DNA of 50,089 bases, taken from Promethearchaeota archaeon. Its GTDB lineage: Archaea > Asgardarchaeota > Lokiarchaeia > Sigyniarchaeales > SOKP01. The position numbers and the translations under genes are program-made. Positions 28,196 through 38,655 of the stretch are shown one piece after another (the stretch's first letter is position 1; each line of letters begins with the position of its first letter). The stretch is taken from assembly GCA_020343655.1 (NCBI GenBank), contig CP070805.1, forward strand, positions 1,047,503 to 1,097,591, in the 5' to 3' direction. The notes under the pieces are model-generated. The model searched no databases. It saw only the letters and a program-made list of their open reading frames with translations, and was not told where the DNA came from.

Positions 28196-29494
28196 TTAAG
28201 CATCTTCTAATTTTATTATGTTCCCTAATTCTTCTAAAGCTTTCCTTTGCTTTTTTTCATCAAGCTTACAATCTGTTATTTTCCAAAATCTGTACTCATG
28301 ATTTAAATATGCAGGACATTTTTTTTTTATATCTTCAGGGCAATTTGTGATTTGCCAGCATTGAAATTTATATTCCTCGTAGAATTTATGAAATTTTTTT
28401 GGCAATTTTTTATATTGAAAATCAGTTTCCTTAAGATATTTATCCAAATCATTTGAATTATAGGTGTTCCAAAATAAAATATTTTTATTTCTGTTTTCCT
28501 TCTTCTTTAGGAAGTCAAACATAGCAGCCATTGCTTTTCCTGTATATGTTGTTTCTAAGTTAAATCCTTTTGTTTTCCCTTCTAAATCAAAAATAGTATC
28601 TACTGCATTTTGACCTTTTATTGTTTTAACACCATACCCAGAACCTAAATATCCTTCTATTAATTCAAAGTCATCTAAAGTAACTCTAATTTTTGGAATA
28701 GTTTTATCTCTTTTATGCAAATATTTGAGAGCCTTATTTGCATTTCGAGCTAAATTAGAAGCATTGGCAAGAAAATCGTTATACACAGCTACAGCAAAGA
28801 CTTTAGATTTTAATCCTAGTAATTTACATCCTGCTACTAACCCCGCCGCTGTTCCTGTAGTACCATTTGCTAAAAATATTAAATCAGGTTCGGGAATTTG
28901 CCCGCTTTTAAGTTGTTCATTTAACTCCAAAGTGGCTTCTATAAATCCGACCACCCCTAAAGGAGTTCCTCTGCCAAATAAAATACTACCTCCAGGAAGT
29001 ATGAATTCGTATTTACGATGGAAAATCCAAAAGAATAAGGCTTTAACAAATGTAGTTATATCAGTTTTCCCAAGATGCAATTTTGCTTTAAAATAATCAA
29101 ATAATAATAATGAACGTTGGACATGCCAATTAAGAGGCTGATTATAAAGAAACAAATCACATTTTAGAGGAGGATTTAATTTATTACAAAGTACTGCGGA
29201 AGCTAAACCATTATGTGTCCCTATACCTCCATAAGTTACGATAGCCTTTTTCTTTTTCTTTAAAATAGCGTTTCCAAAGATAAATTCAAACTTTCTTAGC
29301 TTATTTCCTCCGTAAATATGATGATTTATATCATCTCTTTTAATAAATATTTGACCTTTTTCGAAATTAAGATATTTTTCTAATTCGTATAATCTTTCTA
29401 CAGGCGTAGGTACATTTGTAAGTAAAGGTATCCATGGTACCTTTTCCTTCAAAGCTGGATACTCCTTGAATAAGAGTGGCCCTGTTCGCTCCAT
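28196..29494 (-). CDS. PLP-dependent D-cysteine desulfhydrase/ACC deaminase-family enzyme with C-terminal Cys/Trp mini-domain
   Basis: PTPVE, IKRDD...GGNKLRKFE (PLP Lys), GTTGTAAG, LETTYTGKA; tail CWQITNCP...CPAY. Confidence 0.88.
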   Translation of the reverse strand: MERTGPLLFKEYPALKEKVPWIPLLTNVPTPVERLYELEKYLNFEKGQIFIKRDDINHHIYGGNKLRKFEFIFGNAILKKKKKAIVTYGGIGTHNGLASAVLCNKLNPPLKCDLFLYNQPLNWHVQRSLLLFDYFKAKLHLGKTDITTFVKALFFWIFHRKYEFILPGGSILFGRGTPLGVVGFIEATLELNEQLKSGQIPEPDLIFLANGTTGTAAGLVAGCKLLGLKSKVFAVAVYNDFLANASNLARNANKALKYLHKRDKTIPKIRVTLDDFELIEGYLGSGYGVKTIKGQNAVDTIFDLEGKTKGFNLETTYTGKAMAAMFDFLKKKENRNKNILFWNTYNSNDLDKYLKETDFQYKKLPKKFHKFYEEYKFQCWQITNCPEDIKKKCPAYLNHEYRFWKITDCKLDEKKQRKALEELGNIIKLEDA

Positions 29495-29580
29495 ATTAAT
29501 TAGAATACTGAATTAGTAAAAAATATTTATATTAGGAAATAAAATGAAAATTTTATAGAAAAGAAAGATTTAAAAAACTT

Positions 29581-30351
29581 CTAATGCTTATCTTTCACGA
29601 ACTTTTCAAGTTTTTTCTTAAGTTCTTCAGATTGTCCCATTAAAATCATAATCCGTAATTCTTTGGCTAACACTGATTCAATAGAATCATCTTGATTCTC
29701 ATTTATCATTTTTTTTGCCCATTTAAGAGCTACATGATCTTTTTGTATTATTGAGTTAGCATTACGTCTAAGAATTCTTCTTAATCCTTCAGGTTTGCAG
29801 ATTTGATTCACTAAACCTATATTGAGGGCTTCTTCAGCACTAATCTCTGTACCTAAATACATTAATTGTTTTGCTCTTCCCTCACCAATAATTCTTGGTA
29901 ATAATTTTGTAGAAGCATTTGAGAAAAAAAGACCTACTCCTAATTCGGGAAGCATTATCCGAGTATCATTAGCAGCAATTCTCAAGTCGCAATATAATAA
30001 TTGTTCAAATCCTCCTCCAATAACCCAACCATGGAGCCCTGCAATAATGATGCCTGGATGGGACATCATAGCTCTTGTTAAGTTTTGAAAAGATTCTAAA
30101 AATTCAATAGCTTCAGCCATTCGACTATTATCAGTAAGAAGTTCAAATCCATATTTCAAATCAGCACCGACAGTAAAATGCTTCCCATTAGCGCTATAAA
30201 TCACACAAATATCCCCATTATCAGCACTTGTTTTAAATACCTCTATTAATCTTTTTAGAGTTTCTAGATCTAATGTATTTCTTTGTTCTGGTTTATTTAA
30301 AGTAATTTTACCAATATCACCTTCTTTTTCATATAATACAATATCCTGCAT
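29581..30351 (-). CDS. Enoyl-CoA hydratase/isomerase family protein
   Basis: ITLNKPEQRN, FTVGADL, GWVIGGGFE, CDLRIA, PELGVG. Confidence 0.92.
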   Translation of the reverse strand: MQDIVLYEKEGDIGKITLNKPEQRNTLDLETLKRLIEVFKTSADNGDICVIYSANGKHFTVGADLKYGFELLTDNSRMAEAIEFLESFQNLTRAMMSHPGIIIAGLHGWVIGGGFEQLLYCDLRIAANDTRIMLPELGVGLFFSNASTKLLPRIIGEGRAKQLMYLGTEISAEEALNIGLVNQICKPEGLRRILRRNANSIIQKDHVALKWAKKMINENQDDSIESVLAKELRIMILMGQSEELKKKLEKFVKDKH

Positions 30352-30433
30352 AATGAATCTCCTCTCTATTATTATTTAAAGAAAATTGAGTACTTCGCTC
30401 ATAAAAATGAATAATAAATATTTTTTTATATAA

Positions 30434-31342
30434 TTAATTCAAAATATATCCGTTACCTTTAGTTATAATTAACTCATTTCTATGAAATTTATCGAAATGT
30501 TTTTCTATCATTAGAACTTCAGCGATAAGTTCAAAATCTTTGAAAGCTGTGTACTTTCTATATATGATATTTTTATTTTTTAAATCCGTTGGTCTAATTG
30601 GGTTTTTTGTTTCCGAAAAATATGTAAGTATTCTTTCCTCTCTTTCCAATAATATTGATTTATATTTTTCGAGTTCTTCTTTAATTCTTTTTTCGCCGTT
30701 AATGACTTCTCTATGCCCTGTAATTGCTGTTTCGATATCTAAATTGTTAAGTCTTTCAATTGATTTTTCAAACTCAGTTAAACTAGCATCAATATTTCCA
30801 TAATATGGATATTTTGTTAAATCAATATCTCCAAAGAATGCTATCTTAGAGTTTTGTTCATAAAAGGCACAATGTCCCGCGGTGTGCCCAGGGGTATGAA
30901 GAATTTTCAATTTTAAATGCTCTCCAATATCTATAGTTTGATTATCTTCTATTGTATAATCAACCTTAATATCTCTCATTAGAAAAGTTTTTAAAAAACT
31001 TTTTAATTCATCTCCAGCTATAGTGTTTTCAACATTATAATAAGGAACCATTTTTTCAATGTCTTCAATAACAGGTTTATCTTGTAAATGACAGTAAAAT
31101 TTTACATCTTTGAATAAACTATTACCAGAAATATGATCCTCATGCCAATGACTTAAAATAATATTTTTAATTGGAAATAATTTTTTTAATCTTATTAACA
31201 GCCTATGTGAAATACCTGTATCAATTAGGTAATCTCCTAATAAAATAGAATGTGAATAAGGATATCTTGCTTTATTTGCGCCTTTTATAAAAAAAATATT
31301 TTTAAACTCCTCGGAAAGGGGCTTAACAAAATCTTCCATCAA
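30434..31342 (-). CDS. MBL-fold metallo-hydrolase
   Basis: LIDTG, SHWHEDH, HTPGHTAGH, FFGD, TGH. Confidence 0.92.
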   Translation of the reverse strand: MMEDFVKPLSEEFKNIFFIKGANKARYPYSHSILLGDYLIDTGISHRLLIRLKKLFPIKNIILSHWHEDHISGNSLFKDVKFYCHLQDKPVIEDIEKMVPYYNVENTIAGDELKSFLKTFLMRDIKVDYTIEDNQTIDIGEHLKLKILHTPGHTAGHCAFYEQNSKIAFFGDIDLTKYPYYGNIDASLTEFEKSIERLNNLDIETAITGHREVINGEKRIKEELEKYKSILLEREERILTYFSETKNPIRPTDLKNKNIIYRKYTAFKDFELIAEVLMIEKHFDKFHRNELIITKGNGYILN

Positions 31343-31544
31343 GAACTCTCATTTTGAATTTTTTAAAATGTAAAGCGTTTTAAATCACTTAAATTTTTTG
31401 ATTCTTAATATCTTAACGTAGAAATAACCTAAATAAGGGGATTATATTTTACATTTGTTTTATTTATAAATTGTAGGACTTTTTAATGATATTTAGAAAC
31501 ATTAAGTTACGATAATAATAAATTGAATCGAAGGGTTGTAGAAA

Positions 31545-31709
31545 ATGTATTATTGTTGTCCCAATTGTGCTTCAATGAAAATGCCTAGAGTTATAAATTA
31601 CTTCCCTCCAAAGACCGTTAAATGTTTAAATTGTGGATATATAAATTGTGAGACTAAATTTATAAAAGAAAGCCAACAAAAAACCACACCACTTCATTAT
31701 ACCCATTGA
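31545..31709 (+). CDS. Small zinc-ribbon protein, 54 aa (not in the ORF track)
   Basis: MYYCCPNCASMKMPRVINYFPPKTVKCLNCGYINCETKFIKESQQKTTPLHYTH*: CPxC and CxxCG knuckles; AAGGGT upstream. Confidence 0.72.
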   Translation: MYYCCPNCASMKMPRVINYFPPKTVKCLNCGYINCETKFIKESQQKTTPLHYTH

Positions 31710-31821
31710 AGCCTTAATATTTTCTTTTTTTCTCAATTTAATTTATGGTTCAAAATCTTTAAAAAATTTAATTCTTCATAAAAAGAGTAGATTTAAAATT
31801 AAGTTAAATGGTTATTATTGG

Positions 31822-31998
31822 TTATTTTAATGCATAATAACAACGTTTAGGTGAAAAAACTTTTCCTTCTTCACGTAATTCTTTAATGATCTTAGATACT
31901 TCCTTAGATTCAATCCCAGTTTGCTCAGCAATTTCACCAGGGCGTAGTGGTTTATCTGTACTTTTAAATACATCCAAAACTTTTTCTTTAGCTGCCAT
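31822..31998 (-). CDS. Small winged-HTH protein, 58 aa (not in the ORF track)
   Basis: MAAKEKVLDVFKSTDKPLRPGEIAEQTGIESKEVSKIIKELREEGKVFSPKRCYYALK*: HTH pattern with SPKRCYY wing. Confidence 0.88.
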   Translation of the reverse strand: MAAKEKVLDVFKSTDKPLRPGEIAEQTGIESKEVSKIIKELREEGKVFSPKRCYYALK

Positions 31999-32097
31999 AT
32001 TATGTCACAGATAAAAATATGAATTTTAAATTAAATTATTTATTTTTATGAAATATAAAAAGGTTCTCATATAAAAAGAGATTTTCATTTTTTTAAT

Positions 32098-33579
32098 TTA
32101 ATAACTCTTAGCGATATATACAGTACATTCAGCAGGTTTCCCGCATATTAAACACGTTGCAAACTCATGTTTTTCTTCATCGACTCGTTTACCACGAACA
32201 AACCCACCAATTTCTTTTTCAACTACTTCAGCACAATGATATGCATCCATGTCAATTGAGCAGAAACCACAACAAACGATTTTTCCATTATTTATTGCTT
32301 CAATCGCAGCATCCTTTTCGTAAATAACCTCGATTTGAGATTCAAAATCGATCAATGATTTTTCTTTAATCTCTTTTGTATAATTTTGAGCAATTTCATC
32401 AATTTTATTTTCCAAATCTGTCTCTTTCACATTATATCTAACACCATCATGCCTTTTTACCACTACGACTTGATGCTTTCCAATGTCTTCCGGTCCAACC
32501 TCTATTCTAATCGGCACACCTTTTAATTCCCAATAATAGAATTTATTTCCAACTGACTCATCTGAATCATCAATTTGGATAACGTACTTGTTCTTGAAGA
32601 GATTGCATATCTCTTTTGCTTTATCTAATACCAGTTTCTCTTTTCCTTTAAAAATTATTGGGATAATGATAATCTGGATTGGTGCTAGGTCAAATGGTAA
32701 AACTAAACCATTATCATCTCCCAAATACGCAATCATGGCACCATAATTTCTACTTTGAGCAGGACCATAACAAGTTTGATAACCATATTTCTCTTCCCCA
32801 TCCTTATCTACAAACTTTACATCAAATGGTTTTGAAAATATTTGACCTAGTAAATGTGTTGATGGTAATTGTAAAACTTTTCCAGATCCCATTAGCGCAT
32901 CGGCAGCATAAGTATGAACAGCTCCTGGAAATTTGTCCCATTCTGGTCTTTGAAAAAAAATTATTGGGATACAGCACTCATCCTGAAGAATTTGATATGT
33001 TGTTTCCATATCTTCTTTAACTTGTTCCATGGCAGCTTCCATTGTAGCAAATACATTATGTGATTCAATCCAATGAAATTCTCGTGCTCTAAAGAATGGT
33101 CTTGTCATTTTTCCTTCATATCTCCAAACTTGGCATGACAAATATCTCTTGAATGGAAGATCCTTATAACTTCTTATCCATAAAGCATACATTTTGTATA
33201 AAGCGGTCTCACTTGTAGGGCGTAGTGCTAATCGTTCTGGTAATTTACCAGAAGTTCCTGCTTCGGTTACCCAAAATACTTCTGGCGAAAATCCTTTAAC
33301 GTGCTCTGCTTCTAATAGTAAATTTGATTCAGGGATAAGAGAAGGCATCGTTAATGGTAAATGCCCTTTTTTCTCGAGCAAATCTTCATATTTTTTATAC
33401 ATCTTCCTTATTGTAATCGTTGCCCATTCTCTATATACAACAAAACCCTTGATGTTATACCTAATATCCGCCAATTCTGCTTTATTGATTAATTCCGTGT
33501 ACCAAGCAGAAAAATCTTCATCTTTTAAAACTGTAATTCCGGTTATTGGAGCTTCTTTTTTCTTTTTTGCCATAGACAC
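32098..33579 (-). CDS. proS: Proline--tRNA ligase (archaeal/eukaryotic type)
   Basis: FSAWY, LRPTSET, RPFFRAREF, GLVLP..LAP.Q, WELKGVPIRIE, C-terminal AKSY. Confidence 0.97.
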   Translation of the reverse strand: MSMAKKKKEAPITGITVLKDEDFSAWYTELINKAELADIRYNIKGFVVYREWATITIRKMYKKYEDLLEKKGHLPLTMPSLIPESNLLLEAEHVKGFSPEVFWVTEAGTSGKLPERLALRPTSETALYKMYALWIRSYKDLPFKRYLSCQVWRYEGKMTRPFFRAREFHWIESHNVFATMEAAMEQVKEDMETTYQILQDECCIPIIFFQRPEWDKFPGAVHTYAADALMGSGKVLQLPSTHLLGQIFSKPFDVKFVDKDGEEKYGYQTCYGPAQSRNYGAMIAYLGDDNGLVLPFDLAPIQIIIIPIIFKGKEKLVLDKAKEICNLFKNKYVIQIDDSDESVGNKFYYWELKGVPIRIEVGPEDIGKHQVVVVKRHDGVRYNVKETDLENKIDEIAQNYTKEIKEKSLIDFESQIEVIYEKDAAIEAINNGKIVCCGFCSIDMDAYHCAEVVEKEIGGFVRGKRVDEEKHEFATCLICGKPAECTVYIAKSY

Positions 33580-33750
33580 TCATCAAAGATAATGGTTCAA
33601 AAATTATATATTTTATGAGATTAAATTGGTGAAAAACATTTTTATAATTCTTATAAAAAAAGAGAATATTAAGATGTATTTTTAAAATGAATCAAAATTT
33701 GCTCAACTTCGAGGTATAATTTAGGATAAAGTTTGGCAAATATGCGTTAA

Positions 33751-34497
33751 TTAATCGTTATCAGGAAGTAATTTTGCATCAGTTATGATTAATCCTGGTT
33801 TGACTACTACTTGATATTTTTTTGATTCTAACAAAGATTTTATCTCATTTCCTATTAGATTTAATTTTTCTTTTTCATTATCATTAGGAATATTAAAGTT
33901 AATAAGCGATACAGCTGATTCTAGTTCAGCTAACGCTGATTTATCTGCTGGAGTTATAAATATATCATTTGCACCCGCTAATTTACCATATTTTTTGATT
34001 TCTTCTTCAAGAGATCCAAAACTAAAGTATTGCTTGCTTCTTTTTTCAAATTTTTCCAATATAATTTTTTCTAAATTTTCACGTGAAGTGGGATCATAAA
34101 AAGCTGTTAATTCTCGGGTACAAATGGTTCTGTATTTTCCGTTAATTAAATTTTCCTTATTATTTATGAATTCAATTAATTTATTATAATATTCAGGATC
34201 AATCTTCTGAAAGTTTTCAATATTTCGTACTAAATCTGTCAATTTGTCTATTAAATCATAATAAAATTTTAAGATTGATTTAATTTCTAATTTATCCTTT
34301 ATTTCTTTTATTTCAGGATAATATTTCTTAAGGATTAGATTAATGTTTTTATTGAATTTGGCACATATAACTGCTACATCATCAATAACTTTAACAGAAT
34401 TTCTATTCAATAATTTAATTAAGCTCTTTTCTAAACTTGGTAAATCTTCAAAGATTTCGTAGATCTTGCGATTATATTTTTTTTCAATATAGCTCAT
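33751..34497 (-). CDS. Hypothetical helical protein
   Basis: Long ORF; the likely start is ATG 34497 (MSYIEKKY) rather than 34569; no recognised motif. Confidence 0.7.
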   Translation of the reverse strand: MSYIEKKYNRKIYEIFEDLPSLEKSLIKLLNRNSVKVIDDVAVICAKFNKNINLILKKYYPEIKEIKDKLEIKSILKFYYDLIDKLTDLVRNIENFQKIDPEYYNKLIEFINNKENLINGKYRTICTRELTAFYDPTSRENLEKIILEKFEKRSKQYFSFGSLEEEIKKYGKLAGANDIFITPADKSALAELESAVSLINFNIPNDNEKEKLNLIGNEIKSLLESKKYQVVVKPGLIITDAKLLPDND

Positions 34498-34745
34498 CTG
34501 TATATAAAAAAGATAATAATACTCATATATAATGTTATTTTTTAAAAAGGTTTTGAGAAATTTAGGCAATATTAAATACTAAATCAAATCTTTGCTACAA
34601 TCATTAAATTTTTTTTTACACTTACAAGCTATTAAAAATTTATTTTATGCAAAAACAATTAAAAGATAATTTTTATTAAAGTGATAACGAATTAAAAAAA
34701 TTTTAATTCAGTTCACAATTATATTTATTTAACAGGTTAGGGGAT

Positions 34746-35378
34746 ATGGATATAATTCATATTAGTCGGCTTCAGAAAACATCAGCTATTTTTGGAATCT
34801 TAGGACCAGTAATTAATACCATTGTATTTACAGTTTTAGGTGTTCTTTATCCTGGGTATAATCCAATTAGTCAATTTATTAGTGAGCTCGCCACTTCAGA
34901 GGCTCCACACAACACAATTATGAATATTTTAGGATTTGTTGTATTTGGCCTTTATCTAATTTTTTTTGGAATTGGACTTTTCCTAAGTGTTAAAAAGCAT
35001 ATATTAACAACAATTTGTATGACTCTCTTTATACTTTCAGGTATCTGCATTTTAACTCTTTCAATATTTCCATGTGATGTGGGTTGTAGAAATATAACTT
35101 TTACAGGGATAGGACATAATGTACTTATACAATTTCCTACATATGCAATGCCTATTGCAATGATTCTTTCAGTGTATCCGGTATGGAGAGATCATAATTG
35201 GCGAAAGTATTGGTGGATCTTTTTTTTACAAATTGGAATTTTTTTGGTAGTCTATTCTCCAATTGCAATATTTATTGATTTATCTTTAGTGAACGGGTTA
35301 ATACAACGACTAGGACTAAGTGTCCCACTTTCTTGGATATTTATAATGTCGATTAAAATATATCGTCTAGCAGATTAG
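34746..35378 (+). CDS. DUF998-family membrane protein
   Basis: PGYNPISQFISEL, FPCD, H, GLIQR; five TM segments. Confidence 0.8.
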   Translation: MDIIHISRLQKTSAIFGILGPVINTIVFTVLGVLYPGYNPISQFISELATSEAPHNTIMNILGFVVFGLYLIFFGIGLFLSVKKHILTTICMTLFILSGICILTLSIFPCDVGCRNITFTGIGHNVLIQFPTYAMPIAMILSVYPVWRDHNWRKYWWIFFLQIGIFLVVYSPIAIFIDLSLVNGLIQRLGLSVPLSWIFIMSIKIYRLAD

Positions 35379-35443
35379 ATAAATCTAGTTATTATCAAAA
35401 TTTAATTATTTATTAAATGGCTTTAATTTTAAAATAAGTGAAA

Positions 35444-36088
35444 TCAAGAATTTAGTTTATTTCTTACTTGATATATATGTTTAAGATTAAAAATCATTAA
35501 TACTAACGTTATATCACCCACTGATCTAACAACCCATTCAGTTAGAACGTGTTGAGGAGATAATATGAATAAAAGAATAATATAAAGTCCCATTAATCCA
35601 AAAATAGAATAAGAGATTTTTTTGATTGAATCTTTTTGTCTTATTAAATAATACGCTATAGAAACCTGAGCTAAAAATCCTAAAATACCTGCAACAATCG
35701 ACCAGAATACATGTTGTGGCTTAAAATCTTCAGATAAAAACCCTGTCAAGACAATTGTAATTGATAACAAGCACCCTACTGTTTGGATTGCAATCAATAA
35801 GATTTTATCTAACTTTATATCAGTATACCAATTATAGAATCCTATAAAAAAAATTAAAAATAAAAATCCAGTCACTATTACTGAGCTGTTATAAATTATT
35901 GCTCCATTAGGATTATATGTAGAATTGCCTAAACTACTCAAATAATTGGTTAAAGGACTAAAAGGGGGCGGAGCTAATAGAACTGAGATAAGGACTGAAC
36001 CCCAGGAAATAATAATAATTAGAATACCAAGGATACAAGATAAAGGCCATTTTGCTAATGCCACTTTATTTTTTTTATTTTTACTCAA
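35444..36088 (-). CDS. DUF998-like membrane protein
   Basis: FSPLTNYLSSLG..YNPNGAIIYN, H, EW; multiple TM segments. Confidence 0.7.
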   Translation of the reverse strand: MSKNKKNKVALAKWPLSCILGILIIIISWGSVLISVLLAPPPFSPLTNYLSSLGNSTYNPNGAIIYNSSVIVTGFLFLIFFIGFYNWYTDIKLDKILLIAIQTVGCLLSITIVLTGFLSEDFKPQHVFWSIVAGILGFLAQVSIAYYLIRQKDSIKKISYSIFGLMGLYIILLFILSPQHVLTEWVVRSVGDITLVLMIFNLKHIYQVRNKLNS

Positions 36089-36285
36089 ATTTTATCTCGA
36101 TTAAGATTTTAATGGTATAATAGATACTAAAGATATGTACCCAATATTTATTCTTACTTATTTATTTATTGTTACAATTCTAATCAAGAAAAATTTAATT
36201 TTACTGGATTAATTTCTTTCTCTCTAAATCTCTTATTAGAGAGGATTTTACTTAATTTGATAAAAGATATAATTAGTTTATATTA

Positions 36286-37509
36286 TTATAAACCAAAAAA
36301 AACTGCTAGAAACATTGCTGCGCTACTTATTATTGGAACCGTGAAATTATCATTCATTCCCAATGGAAAAAATTCAGAAAAAGTTGCTGCAATTCCTCCA
36401 ATTATTAGTACAATTAATGATATATCCATTGCTGTAAATATAATATATCCACATGTAATTACACATCCAATATAGGCAAGAGTTCCTTCTATAGTTTTAT
36501 CAAATAATTTATGACGACCATAAGCTAATCCGAATATTTTACTATACATATCCCCAAATGTGAGGAAAACCAAAGCAGTTATTGCTATCTCTATTTCAAA
36601 TATTAGTATAACTATAAAAGTTGATATTAAAAAGATTGTCATAGATGAAAATTTCTTCTCCTCACCCTTTCTAAAAATCGATTTAACTTTAACTGTCAAT
36701 AACTCTTGAGTTTGTTTTGAAAGAAAACGAGATATGTCAAGAGCAATAAAACATAAGCATACGATACCTGATAATGCCACAGCTACTGCTTGTGAAAAAA
36801 TAAAATAAAATAACAAAAATAAAAGAGCTACAGGTCTTATCGCGACCCTCCACCAGCGTGATAAAAATTCTTCATCAGTAATTACCAATTTCTTTTCTGT
36901 TATTACTTTATACATTCCAATCGTGGCAATATGGAGCAGAACAATACAGAAAAAGATATTGAAAGGACTTTCTGGATAATTTATGAACACTGAATAACCA
37001 AGTAAAGGAAATAAAAGAACTGGCAAAAGTGATCCTGCTTTAGATATGTAGGTAAATATTGCCACAAGGATCATTAAAAATATTAAAACATAAAATATCT
37101 CGGGGCCTGCGTTAATATAATTCACAAGGTAAAAAAGAAGTAATCCTGTTGCAGTTGCATTCCCCTGACCACCGCGAAACTTTAAATAAAAGGGAAAAAC
37201 ATGTCCAACTATGGCAAACAATCCACTAATTTGCATGAAAATAAAAGCTAGTTCAGGGGGGCTACCTGTCATAACATATGAGGCTATTAAAATTGCTAAC
37301 AATCCTTTTAAGGTATCGTATAACGCTGTGGGGATAGCATATGGAAGTCCTAAAACACGAAATGCATTTGCCGTCCCTGCATTCTTAGTACCCTCCTCTC
37401 TAATATCAATTCCTTTTAATTTACCGAAAAGATAAGCAGGTAAAATTGACCCTAAAAGGTAACCAATTATTATACTTAAAATACCCATTAAAATTTCAAT
37501 ACCATTCAT
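36286..37509 (-). CDS. PlsY-like glycerol-3-phosphate acyltransferase fused to CTP-dependent lipid kinase (SEC59/DGK1/VTE5-like) domain
   Basis: GYLLGSI, DIREEGTKNAGTANAFR, DTLKG, GHVFP.YLKFRGGQG; C-terminal TFGD..S..FG..YG, KTIEG, DNFTVP. Confidence 0.85.
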   Translation of the reverse strand: MNGIEILMGILSIIIGYLLGSILPAYLFGKLKGIDIREEGTKNAGTANAFRVLGLPYAIPTALYDTLKGLLAILIASYVMTGSPPELAFIFMQISGLFAIVGHVFPFYLKFRGGQGNATATGLLLFYLVNYINAGPEIFYVLIFLMILVAIFTYISKAGSLLPVLLFPLLGYSVFINYPESPFNIFFCIVLLHIATIGMYKVITEKKLVITDEEFLSRWWRVAIRPVALLFLLFYFIFSQAVAVALSGIVCLCFIALDISRFLSKQTQELLTVKVKSIFRKGEEKKFSSMTIFLISTFIVILIFEIEIAITALVFLTFGDMYSKIFGLAYGRHKLFDKTIEGTLAYIGCVITCGYIIFTAMDISLIVLIIGGIAATFSEFFPLGMNDNFTVPIISSAAMFLAVFFGL

Positions 37510-37722
37510 AAATTCTCACAATCCTTTATATTCATGTATATTTGAAACTATGTTATATAAATACTTTTTTGTAAGTCTTAATGAATTATTTAGCAAAATT
37601 TCTCATAAATGAAATAAGGGAACTAAATCGGATTTAAAAAGGTATTTCAATTATAAATAAAAAATATAAAAAAAAGAAAAAAAAAACAAAATGTAGTTCA
37701 AAAGTAAATTCTGCTATACCCT

Positions 37723-38655
37723 TTATGATAATTTGCTTTTAATTTGCTTTGATCGTGAACGCAACGTCACTTCTGTGACTTTTGCGATTTCTGAGACTTC
37801 GGCTTGAGTTTTCCTATGATTTCCAGCTTTAGCTGCCATATAAATTACACTTGCAGCTAATCCTTTAGGATCTTTACCTGTTCGCAATAATCCATTTTTA
37901 GAGGCTTCTACAAGCATATTAATAGCATTTTTCTGAGTTTCCATTGGTAAACCTAAATCATTGCCAAATCTAAATACTAATTGTTCAGCAGTAATGGGTT
38001 TATACTTTAGATTTAGCTCTGGGAGAACCTCCTTAACAACCATACCCAAAGATCGGTGTACAGTCCTTCTTGGTGTCATCGATGCTTCACAAACTTCTTC
38101 TAATAATCGTGGGAATTCATGTACTCTAATTGCTGCATATAACGAGGCAGCAATGAATCCATCAATCGATCTCCCCATTGTTAACTTCTTCCTTGCCACA
38201 ACTGAGTAGATTTTCCAAGCAGTTTCCTTAATATATTCAGGTATATTCATTTTGCTTGTCAACATCTTCAGTTTAGGCTTTGCTTCCCAGAAATTCCGTT
38301 CTATGGAACTGATTAGAGAATTTTGAATCTTGGATAATCTTGAAAATAATGTTTTACCACGTGCATTAATCAAACGACCCTTTGAGTCTATTTTAGTGTT
38401 CGGAAGCATCGTACGAGGTCCAAACTCCCGCCATCGTGGTTCTGTCCTACGTCTCTTGTTTACTTCTTCGACCGTATACGCGCGTCTTTCGTTTCCTACA
38501 AGATTTCTTTCAATAACCATACCACAATTTAAGCATACATTATCTCCATCGCGAGATTCGATACAAGGGTTATTACAACATTGAGCATTTGAACTACAGC
38601 TAGCTTCCTCTTCTGAACCAGTTTTGGTTGACCGTAGTCTATCTTTATAACTCAT
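37723..38655 (-). CDS. tfb: Transcription initiation factor IIB
   Basis: Zn ribbon VCLNCG, two cyclin repeats, GRS, GKDPKGLAA, TQAEV...VTEVTLR. Confidence 0.95.
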   Translation of the reverse strand: MSYKDRLRSTKTGSEEEASCSSNAQCCNNPCIESRDGDNVCLNCGMVIERNLVGNERRAYTVEEVNKRRRTEPRWREFGPRTMLPNTKIDSKGRLINARGKTLFSRLSKIQNSLISSIERNFWEAKPKLKMLTSKMNIPEYIKETAWKIYSVVARKKLTMGRSIDGFIAASLYAAIRVHEFPRLLEEVCEASMTPRRTVHRSLGMVVKEVLPELNLKYKPITAEQLVFRFGNDLGLPMETQKNAINMLVEASKNGLLRTGKDPKGLAASVIYMAAKAGNHRKTQAEVSEIAKVTEVTLRSRSKQIKSKLS

